Shown here: positions 53,340 through 64,000 of the stretch, piece by piece | Layout of the letters: each line of letters opens with the position of its first letter | Position numbering within the stretch: the first letter of the stretch is position 1 | From: Octopus sinensis | Taxonomy: Eukaryota | Assembly (NCBI RefSeq): GCF_006345805.1 | Contig: NC_043009.1 | Span: 68,386,001-68,450,000, forward strand | Direction: 5' to 3' | Length of the DNA: 64,000 nucleotides | The notes under the pieces: generated by a model | What the model was told of the DNA's origin: nothing | Database searches by the model: none | What the model saw: the letters and a program-made list of their open reading frames with translations, nothing else | Position numbers and translations under genes: made by a program

Positions 53340-53573
53340 GGGCCTCAACCGGGGTCCATACGGTCCTTGGGGTTCCATATAAGATTTAGTTGTTGAAATG
53401 TACGTACAATGACACAAAATACTTTATTTCTTTTTTATCCAATTTCTAACGATATTTAGTTATAAGAAAACAAGGGTTTTGTTTTAAAAACATTGAACAG
53501 CTACAAGGGTCCCTTTGAATAAAATAGGTATGTAAGGGGTCCATTGGTGAAAAAATGGTTGAGAACCAATGTG
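53340..53573. mobile_element. hAT-type MITE remnant
   Basis: Left cgggcctcaaccggggtcca, right ggggtccattggtgaaaaaatggttgagaacc (Charlie-like TIR). Confidence 0.55.
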
Positions 53574-53828
53574 CATCTCTGGTCATATAGTCATTTGACC
53601 TATTACAAATTTCCTTGAATTTGAATTTCCTTTGAATTACACTCTGCTGTTTAAAAAAGAAAGGAGAGGTTGAACAGAGATAACATCGGATGCTCTGTAC
53701 CTTAAAAAAGTGAAAAACAGACGGGTTAGCCACTACTGGCACGCCTTGGTTCCTTTGTCGATTAATGTTAATCTCGGGGTTTAAAGTGCTACAACTCTCA
53801 CTTCAACTACTTATAGCACCACTAACAG

Positions 53829-53860
<32 letters not shown>

Positions 53861-54063
53861 TTACTACTATTACTACTCCGAATGAAAGATCACTTTAGCC
53901 CAGCACTCTAATACAAAAATCGATGAATACAATTAAAGAGAAATGACAAAAGCTTGGCTCAAATCCGACATTGAAACAGTTTCTCCGGCGAAACTGATAA
54001 CATAAATAACATAAATCACTGTTATGTCGTAATCTATTTACAAAGAGTTAGATGGAGGGGAGG

Positions 54064-54127
<64 letters not shown>

Positions 54128-54246
54128 GTCGGTCAGAAAGAGAGGCAAATGCAAATACCGTTGAGCAAATGGGATATTACAAAAATAGTTCTTGAAATCA
54201 CCGTTAACCAAACAATAGGACTGTGTAAATAATAATAATAATAATA

Positions 54247-54283
<37 letters not shown>

Positions 54284-54375
54284 GATGATGATGATGATCA
54301 CAATGATTTCTTTTATTTGCCATCTGGGCGAAGGATGAGGGGAGATAATATCAATCATAAAATTATAGTCTTGTC

Positions 54376-54807
54376 GCAGATTTGCTTGTCAGTTGTTTAA
54401 CCTTAACCAGTTGAGCATGTCCCTTGGTGGCGGACGATATGTGCATCTCTGATCACGAGCAGAAGTAGTGCGGGGAGCATCATAGCAATGTGTTGAGAGG
54501 GATTCTTTGGGGTTTGAATAATTCACCTTTGGAAACATGGGTGTTTTGTTCATCATCCTTAAAACAAACCATATTCTGAGACTGCTTGAGCGGGATGGGT
54601 TACTCGATCTGATGAAGATTCAAACTGGGTCCCACCCGCAAGGTCATGTGCTGTTTATCTTGATATAAGATCACCATGTCGCGCACATGTGTTTGTGAGG
54701 CATGTTCCTAGTGTGCCCTTATCAGACGGGTAGTCACAATGGGTATATTGAGCTTCGTATATTTGTATTGCAGTGTCACATTGATGACATGCACTGCTCT
54801 CTTATTC
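54376..54807 (+). mobile_element. 555-bp-family element, left-truncated
   Basis: Starts mid-element and ends at the same right terminus, followed by (TAA)n. Confidence 0.8.
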
Positions 54808-54852
<45 letters not shown>

Positions 54853-55098
54853 CATAATAATCCTTTGTACTGGAAGCACAAGCCCTCAGATTTGTGGGGA
54901 GGGGACTTGTCAACTACATCGACCCCAGTGTTTGACTGGTACTTAATCAATCGACCTCGAAAGGATAAAAGGCCAAGTCAACTTCGACGGAATTTGAACT
55001 AAGAACGCAGCGACGAGCGAAATACCGCTAAGCATTTAGCCCAGCTCTGCCAGCTAACGATTCTGCCAGCTCGCAGCCTTAATAATGACAACAACAAC

Positions 55099-55142
<44 letters not shown>

Positions 55143-55156
55143 CGACAACAATATTA

Positions 55157-58100
55157 ATTCTTTCTTTATTGGCCAGAAGGCTCGCTAAAACATTTAGTAC
55201 AGTACAAAGAGAAGGCAAAGGACAATGGGAATTTGCAGAAAAAAACGTGTAAATATATGAAGCAATAACAAAACTTTTAACAAGCAAGTTCCCCAATAGG
55301 GGACAAATATCCCCTAGCAGCAACCAAGGAACCTCATAGATCCCGATTCACCATATTTACAGGAGTATCATGGCAAGTGCTCCTCTTTCCTCTTGTGCTC
55401 TTTCAGCCTTCGGATGCCACCTCAGCGTAGGCCCACTCACTTAGGCCATTCGCGCCACATTCATCCACCTTTTAAGAAATTTACAGGGGCGGTTGAGGAA
55501 CAGCACATCCCTCCCAACCCTCACTTGTTTTTTCTTCAAATAAAGTTTTAAAACAGTGGACGAGATCTCGGCCGAAGAGGAAAGTGTCTATCTCCAGTCC
55601 TGTTTAGTCTCGTTTCCCAAACAACCACCAGACAGAGGAAAACTTCCTGCTCTTCCCAACTAAAAGCATGCAACGAGGCGGTCTTTACAAAAGAGTCGGC
55701 TGATAGCAGGATCAATCCAACACATAATAACAGCTATTCATCACAATTCCACTGTCAGCAATGCTCGAGTCCTAAATAAACGCGTGCAGGTCGGTTTCGT
55801 CGTTTTGAGCGCATCACAGCAATGCAAGGAGGAAATGCTCCTACACACCGCAACATCTCGAGGCTAGGGATTTCTGGAAATTATCCATGGACATCAGCTC
55901 GAAAGTCTCATTGAAAACGACCAACCAATTGATTTTCATCGACTCGCAGCGTTTCTTCGGGGACATTGTCACTCTTACCCATCACAGAATCCTGTACAGA
56001 ACGCCATGGTGGAAGACACTGACCGCGTTGCCGGACTGGCAGAGAGAGCTGTGAGCGCCTGACGGTACTCAAACTGCCAGGACACCTTCCTCGGTCTACG
56101 CTTGATTCAGAACTCTGTCAAAGATTCGAGCTGCGGAAAAGCTCATCCAACAAACGGCAACCACATCATCTCACCGTCAAGAAAATGTTGGGGATGGCAT
56201 AGCCACAGAGCATGTCTACGCATCATCAGCCACTAGCCCAGTGGACGCTGACAACAAATGACCAGCAGAACTGACCCCCTCCACAAAAAGCAGTAAAGCA
56301 AGCGCTCGATTCTGGTCAACTATGAAGCGGGACAAGGTACGAACGGTCAAGCGGTAGCAGATAATGAAAGCAATGCAGGCGTTCTCTACCTCCGACCAAC
56401 CCTCGAAGGATAGTTCCCTCTCAAGCTATTTCTGGGTGAGGCTAGCTACCCGCCACATCACCTCCTCTTGTCCATCTGGAGATCAGGAGCAAACCAAACC
56501 AAACCAAGAACAATTTAACCGGTGCGTCCGTCCAGCGCCCAACAACAGTCGAACGGTATGGATCTGCTTCTACAGGGGCCGAGCTGCAACCCCAACAAGT
56601 TCTCACGGTTAATTTGTACTCCTCTTACGGCCTCTTTTATTCCCTTAGAATAGTGCCGATCACCATGATGTGTTTAGTGTCTAGAACTATTTCAGGGACC
56701 TCATCCGCCGCGTATGCAAACACGGATCTTCTGCATCATAGTTCTTGCAGTTCTCTCCCGTCAACTGCCTCTTAACTAGCACCCTAATCCGGCCTCTGTG
56801 AATATGGCGTGCAGGGAAAGACTGAATGGGTGTTCGAGGTTTTTACATACTCCGGTTCGATCAGCTGGTTCTACACAATTAAGACGAGCATCCAAAACAG
56901 TGTTTGAATGTATTGCACTAAAAATGGAACGTTCTTAGGGAAAACCTCAAAAGTCCAGCTGCCCAGCTCCAATCAGAAGATACACAGCGATTAGTCTAAA
57001 AGCACCACCTTCACTACCTGTATCTTGAGGGCCAGAGTTTTTCTCAAACATCGCCACTCCGCCCCCGGTCCGAACTAAGGTACAGCATGTATTGGAAATC
57101 TTGGCCTTGCTACTGCCTCCAAACTTAGTGACCTGAGGTCATTGAGCAGACGACCCCGCCACCAGACTGACCCCAGGCTACGTGCACTTATACATTTAAC
57201 TCTCAGGGCTGCTATATTGGTCAAAAGATGAAGCGGAAAGGAAACGAGTAGCTTTCTTATTTAGTCGCCCCCGAAGACCAGGGGACTCGGTTTCCATGGT
57301 GTTTGCGGTGTCTTTTGTGGAGTCTTTTAAGGAGTCATTGTGCTGGCCTTTACGTTTACACTTCCTGCATCGTTAGGAAAATTCTTCCTCGATATTTTAC
57401 GTCTCCAAGAGTCCAACCTTATTGTTTTCAAATTGTGTGGCACTTTGGAAGTTCCTACATCTGTTTCGATGTTCTTTTCTGCGATGAAGAACATCAGTTT
57501 TATTGTTTTATTTATTTAGTACTTTGTGTGGTGCGGTGGGGGACTTCTTTTTAGCATAAAGTTTGAGGGGGGTGTTTCGTTGGGGCTGTTGTATTTGCAT
57601 GCTTGTCTACTAGTTCTGCCTCCCGAGTGATTCCTTTTTTTGCTAAGGTGGGCGTTGTTAGTAGATGAGGAGGAGTTTTTGTTGGCTTGTATGCGTTTGA
57701 GTGTCTGTTGTTTCGGTGATGCTGTTGTGATTACAAAGTATCTTTAATCTTGCATCTGTTTATTAGGGTTTTGCCTCTTCAGAAGAAGAAGCGATTTCCT
57801 TGTCGGAAGGATCTGGTGTGGGTGGGGGCAGAGGAGGGAGCCATGGTCTTGCTACTGCCTCCAAACTTAGTGACCCGATGTCATTGAGCAGACGACCCCG
57901 CCACCTGACTGACCCCAGGCTACGTGCACTTATACATTTAACTCTCAGAGCCATGTGCGTCATTGTCTGTGAGTTTGAAAGAGGATGAGAGGGAGTGACA
58001 GTAAAGGAAAGGGGGTTGGTTTGGATATTTTCCTGGGTGGTGGCCTTCGGGTTTGTTGGATGTGTGTCGCTGTTGTTGTTACGGCTGTTGTTCTTGTTCC

Positions 58101-58900
58101 TTTTGCTATTACTGATTCTGCTGTTTGGTCAGTGTTATCGGCAGTAGTGACGGCTTCCTGCTTTTGTTGAGGGCAGAAAGCTTTGAAGTGGTTTTCTGCA
58201 TCATGCAAGTGTCATCTCAGCCTTTTACCCCATCTGCAAATCTTATCCTTTGACCAGGGAGATTACGATTGGGACCTTTCCCACCTCCTCCTCTTTGATC
58301 TGGATGAGGATTTCTACTGTGATCCCAGACCAAAACTCTCTTCTTGTTCGCTTCACTTCGAAAAGGATTTCATTGTCCTCTGGAGTGACTCATGCTAGCA
58401 ACTGGGAGATTCCAACCCAGGCGGATTCCTCTCTATTTAACGCGGAAGATCTTTCTCCCTAAATAGGTTGGGTAGAAGGTGAATTTCCTGTCGCGTATAG
58501 GACCTATGGAGTGCATCAACCCGAGTGCTTTGCTCTTAAAGAGGAAATCCACGCTCTCCAATTTTTCTTTTGTCTTCATCACATGATCTATGTTAACCCA
58601 TATTTCTTGCAGAGCTTTCTACCTAGGCTTATGTTGTTTCTTCCAAGAGTCACATTTTATCCGACATACTGTTATGTGACCGTCTTTCGGGCAGTTGCTG
58701 CCAATTCTTCGGCTGAGGAGGGGGCAGCGATTTGTGCCTTCCTCCCATTAAACTCCACAAGTTTCCATTCTGTGACCCGTGCTTTGTCATTTTGGCAAAA
58801 GGCCGCCCGTAGTTTGTCATGCCTTCACCAAAATATAGATGGGCGTGTCCTTTAAACTTCATTTTATATCGTGCAGTCTTCAAATCCGGTAAAGGTCAAC
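55157..58900 (-). mobile_element. Decayed L1/Tx1-like LINE (ORF1 zinc knuckle, APE endonuclease, C-terminal CCHC, polyA signal)
   Basis: ORF1 ..HFKAFCPQ knuckle (~58200); APE N-terminus ALRVKCISARSLGS...RLLNDLRSL; C-terminal CAQNDETDLHAF and FLKRWMNVARM; minus-strand aataaagaaagaa at ~55157-55175. Many stops. Confidence 0.8.
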
Positions 58901-59729
58901 GTTGTCTTTCATCCTTTTTAGGCATCGATAAATAAAGAACAAGTCCAAGATTATGGAATCGTTGAATTCTTAGCGTTTCAGACAGCATACCTTGTGGAGT
59001 TTCTTCTGGATTTTTGCGTTCTGAGTTCTTGGTTAAATAGAGAATCGGACTAAGTCTACCAACTCCTATAACCTGGATTTTCAGTGCTGTCAGCAGAATT
59101 CCCTTGGTTGCAATGTTTGGACCAAATCTGCACCTTGACGATAATGACCTCTTTTTTTCTCCCTCTCCCCCACACACACTCACCAATCTTGAAGACCTTG
59201 AATGGTCCAAAGACCCAGGGGTGTTGTCACAAAAGCAAATAACTCAATAAACAATTCTAAAGAAATGAGAAGCAAAACTTTCATACGTTTACCAAATTCT
59301 TTGTTTATTATTTAGCTCTTCAAAAAAACGTCAGGATTTCAATATTTTACTCGTGTGACCCCGATTGGGGGGTAATTAACACAACCATGAAGATCAATAT
59401 TTGGAAGAAGCATTAAAATATTTCATCAAAGATTTAAGCAAACAAAAAAAATACAGTTTCTTCTGGCTTTTCTGTGACGTCACATTTCTTTAAACATGTT
59501 TTTTATTTTAGTTCTAATTGATGGAGTTTTGCAAATAAGGACAGATTTTGAATTTTTGCCACTTTATTTTCTTTTGTAGAGACAAAATTAAACTATTATT
59601 AACAGGCATAAAAATTCAAAATACTCTGACAGTTCAGCGTTACCGTATTTTCATGGACTTAAAACTAGAAACTAATGCATACATATATACAGGCTGAAGT
59701 ATTTCTACTTCCACAGATATGTACATTAA

Positions 59730-59805
<76 letters not shown>

Positions 59806-61190
59806 TGAGAGACGGAAAGAGAGTTGCCGATATCTTCTATGGGCTCTTTAATAATTTATTTTCTATTATTTGAAAAGGGGAATTTATCCCGAAATATTAT
59901 TGGATTATTAAATAGCCTACATAAAGTAATACAATAATTTTTATCTTTTTCATTCATTGACATCACCTTACATATGTTCATTAAGCCTTCATTCGCATTC
60001 TTCAATGGTTTTATAAGCATTTATCTCCTGTAAATGCGCGTGAGCGCCAACACACGCACACATGCAGTCAGAATGTGTTTCTTTCACAAAAAGGACGATA
60101 CAGCTTGAAATAAATTATATACACACAAATATTTATGCAGACACATCCATGCAAACTCAAACAAAATTTTATACATACATGCATATAACACACATATATA
60201 TGCATATCATTCATAAAATTAATGGCCAACAAAAATATTTTGATGAATAATAAAATAAAGTGTTTGGTTTGGGTGGAGTTTTTGAAGAAATGTTTCGAGG
60301 GTGACATATGTAGCATTTTACAACGACGAGTTCTTTATGACAGAAAGAAAATAGTAGAAAAATATATCGTTCCCAAAATCCATAATAAATGAGAGTCAAA
60401 TAAGAGAAAAAGTACTCAATACTTGGTGCAGAAAACAACCACATTTACTCCTTATCTGAAGTTTCATGCTATTACTTAAGTTTCGTGCTTACGCACCATA
60501 CAAATGGTAGCATGGAGTATTGTAATAACAGGTTTCATTATCTAAGCTGCCATTAAGAATTCACAAATTCATGGCAACTTGGATAATGCGTGGTCATGGC
60601 AACGATCCGTGACTATGGTAATTCCTAACTAAAAGATGCCATTTTTCAAACAGGAAGATAACACAGTTCGGTTTTATTTTGATAATCCAAGAATGACAAC
60701 GAAGTAAATAAGATAAAATTGTTAATTGGAAAAATCAGATTCCCAAAATGATTTTTGCTTGACTTCATAACAGAGTTCTTGGTGTTGGTTCCTTAATATC
60801 CATAATGTACCGTGGTGTCCATAATAATGTAATCTACTCGGGAGAGGTAAGAATTCCAGTAACCACTGACCATCAGCTTTACTTATATAAAACAAAAAAG
60901 GCCTTTCTGTGTAGAGAGAAAAATTCTGTGGTGCATTGCCAAAGAATAAAGTACCCCCGACTACATCTCCATCTTTCAAAGTCTGTTGAGAACTGAAAGC
61001 GGAAACTGAAATTCTTCAACATCCTCACACGTGTGAGACAGGATTATCTCCTATCAACGCAATTCTTTCCTCTCGTCATTGTTCCAAATACTGGAACACA
61101 GTCGACTATAGGAGACACCGAATGGATTTGGACATTGCATTCCTGACATACATACACACACACACACGTGTATATAAATATATATATATA

Positions 61191-61531
61191 TTCTTTCTTC
61201 TATTTGTTTCAGTCAGTTGACTGCGACCATGCTGAAGCACTGCCTTTAGTCGAGCAAATCGCTCCCAAGACTTATTCCTTGTAAACCTAGTACTTATTCT
61301 ATCAGTCTCTTTTGCCGAACCGCTAGGTCACGGGAACGTAAACACATCGGTTGTCAAGTGATAGTGGAGGGACAAACATATATATACACACACATACATA
61401 CATATATATACACGACGGGCTTCTTTCAGTTTCCGTCTATCAAATTCACTCACAAGGCTTTGGTTGGCCCAAGGCTATAGTAGAAGACAGGTTGGTAAGT
61501 AAGCTACTTACCACACAGCCACTCCTTCGCC
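61191..61531 (-). mobile_element. SINE family 1
   Basis: Homologous to 31873-32235. Confidence 0.85.
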
Positions 61532-61558
61532 TCTCTCTATCTCTTTGATATATATATA

Positions 61559-61597
<39 letters not shown>

Positions 61598-61651
61598 TAT
61601 ATATACATGCATATGTGTTTGCATAAATTCATAGTTTGTGGATGTATGTAT

Positions 61652-61694
<43 letters not shown>

Positions 61695-62959
61695 AAGCTT
61701 ACCTTTCTATTGCTCCTCAAATTTTCTCACTAAAGTACTTCTGGTTCAAAATCTCTGATGTATGTATAACTAGCTTCCTCTCATGTGTGTGTGTGTGTGG
61801 TGTGTGTGTGTGTGTGTGTGTGTGTATGTAGTCTTAGAATTTGAAAGTCAGAAAAAATATGCCCCCTTATATTTGGCAATAGGATGGGTATATTATCTAG
61901 ATTATGTTAAGCCGAGAAAAGAATCATATAAATTCTTAGCACCCGGGTACCTACCTAAACTGCAAGAATGAGATCTTTAGCTCTTGTCCACACGAGAAAA
62001 ATTATATATTCATCTTACTTGTGGACCCCGTCATGACTACAGTCACTGGGTTATCCCCCTTCACCCCTTCCACCATTAAATCGCGAAAACCCAGCAAAGA
62101 GTTTAACCAAAACCACATAGAAACACACAAACACATAAACGTTTAAACAGAGGCTTAAGGGTTCCGGCACCGCCCAACACCTCCATTCTCCAAAATCTCT
62201 ACACATATAAACCCATACACACATTCCAACCCTACACAAATACCAAACTCTACCCACCCCACCCCACTACATATATTTTCTCCAGACTTTTGCCGCCTTG
62301 CAGCGTCTCAGATACTTCTAGAGCCAAGGGACAGAACTCTTAAAGCTCTTATCCAGGGCGCCTCCCACAACTTCGTTACATCTTTCTCGGCAGCATCCAC
62401 AAACTGGATGTAACACTTTTCGCGTCCAATAACAAAGAGCAGTCACCATATATTTTACATGCCTGTCATCTCTGAAGAGTACGTGGCACTACTTAACCAT
62501 GCTGTTATATAATATCCGGCTATTTAATATCCAGTGCAAAACCGATTGGTAAGATTGGCTGAAATGGATCTACGTTACAGAACCACACTCTTTCACTGTT
62601 TTTCCCTGGAATATAATTTACATGAAAGGCATAGCTTTGACAGCTTCAGACTCAAAGCTAGGGATAAAACACTAAACTTTAGCATTGCGCAGTGTCGTCA
62701 TTATTAGCAGTTGCAATCGTAATAATTTTATTAAGCTTTCATTCTGCGGAGGTTTATGTTTTTTTTCCTTTAAATATTTTGTGATCCTCACCACTCTCGC
62801 TTGATTTGAAGAGATAATATCGGGTCCTTTTGATACAGCACATGAAAGATGAAGCTCACTAATTGTTTTTTTTTTTCTGCTTCTTTGGTTTTTGATTGCG
62901 TATATAAAATGGCAGTGTCTCCATCTCTCAACACACACACACGTTTACGAAAAACAACA

Positions 62960-63133
62960 ACAAAAGACGAAGACAGGTGGTGTACAAAACAAACATGTAT
63001 TAGTATAACACTCAGGAATGGAAAAAGTCTTTTACGTTTCGAACCTACGCTCTTCTACAGAAAGGGACACAGAAAAAAACAAGGTAAGAAACAAAGAGAG
63101 AAAAAATGTGTATAGTGGCTAACGATCTATCAT
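62960..63133 (-). mobile_element. Repeat homologous to 7985-8162, with a CUGUAGA hammerhead-like motif (63029-63064)
   Basis: CUUU-CUGUAGA-A-GAGC GUAG GUUC-GAA-ACGU-A-AAAG. Confidence 0.55.
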
Positions 63134-63298
63134 GTACATTGTCGTAATACAAATTAAGTACCAAATGCATTATTATTATTATATTTGCGTAATAATCATC
63201 TTTCTTCTTCTCTGACTGCTAAAGCACAGTTATTTACTGAAGCTTGCTTTTAAGAGGGAAAACAAAATAAATACATCAGACATTTATTTTTTCCCTGC

Positions 63299-63477
63299 AT
63301 CATCATCCTTATCGTTTAACGTCCGTTTTCCGTGCTGGCATGGGTTTGACGGTTCGACAGAAGCTTGCAAAGCCATGAGCAGCACCAGGTCTCGTTATCT
63401 GTTTTGTCATGGTTTCTGCAGCTGGATGCCCTTCCTAATGCCAACCACTCCGAGAGTGTAGTGGATGCTTTTACGTA
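63299..63477 (-). mobile_element. RTE-type 3' tail (LINE end or RTE-tailed SINE)
   Basis: Minus strand ends ...cccatgccagcacggaaaacggacgttaaacgat + (GAT)n. Confidence 0.55.
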
Positions 63478-64000
63478 TGTAAAGAAGCTTTTCAGATATT
63501 TGAGAATTGTTTCTCTTTTTCCAGAAATATATTCAAACCAAAATGTTATTCAAATAAATTTAGATAGATGTTTTATAACATGGCTGACCGATCCGTAAGA
63601 ACAATATATTACTTAGGTATTTTGTATCATTAATCTCTGAATTATGAAAAACAAAGTCAGCTCGAATCTAGAAAGATGACCCCCCCCCCCGCCAGTGTGG
63701 ACAGGTCTATCTCAACACACAACCGTCTGAGCTGTAAGAAAAATATGAATTGGGAAGGTAAGGGGTTCGTTGATTATGGTAACCCTGGCACTTTGTCAAA
63801 TTCAGAAGAATGAAAAGTAAATGACCTTAGCAGCATTTGAACTCAGAATGTAGAGCGATGTACATAAATACCACAAGATGTTGTGTGACACTAACAATCC
63901 AACTAATACACCAACCCTTAAGAACTGACTTCCGTACTCAAATGGTACTTCAATCAACGCCACTGACCCCAGCACTTGACTGGTATTTATTTTATCATCT

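Noticed and set aside
60722-60979. 85-aa minus-strand ORF in unique sequence
   Set aside because: No recognisable domain; its length is compatible with chance.
62520-62570. Two ATTGG (CCAAT-box) motifs
   Set aside because: No other promoter or transcript evidence.

Overview
AT-rich, repeat-saturated eukaryotic DNA, very likely cephalopod (the SINE families resemble those I recall from Octopus; recalled, not searched). I find no intact host protein-coding gene. Most ORFs in the supplied track are microsatellite artefacts. The real coding signal is decayed transposons: several R4/Dong-like RLE non-LTR fragments, a Hero-like fragment, CR1, RTE, an L1/Tx1-like element, Penelope, hAT and Tc1/mariner. 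There is also an RPL27 processed pseudogene, a U6 snRNA retrocopy, at least 3 tRNA-type SINE families, MITEs/foldbacks and a 100-N gap. Best leads: (1) several unrelated short repeats carry minimal type-I hammerhead-ribozyme folds; some have canonical cores, some have recurrent non-canonical cores (CCGACGA, CUGUAGA), and one pair shows stem covariation. (2) A strand-consistent nest of elements inside (TAA)n arrays (49.5-55.2 kb): an internally deleted Dong-like copy, four exact 128-bp units and a 555-bp non-coding element. (3) A U6-SINE-tail chimera joined right after four Ts. (4) A 59-bp-arm palindrome whose turn lies at a hammerhead GAAAC half-site. All alignments and folds were done by eye, and element boundaries are approximate.
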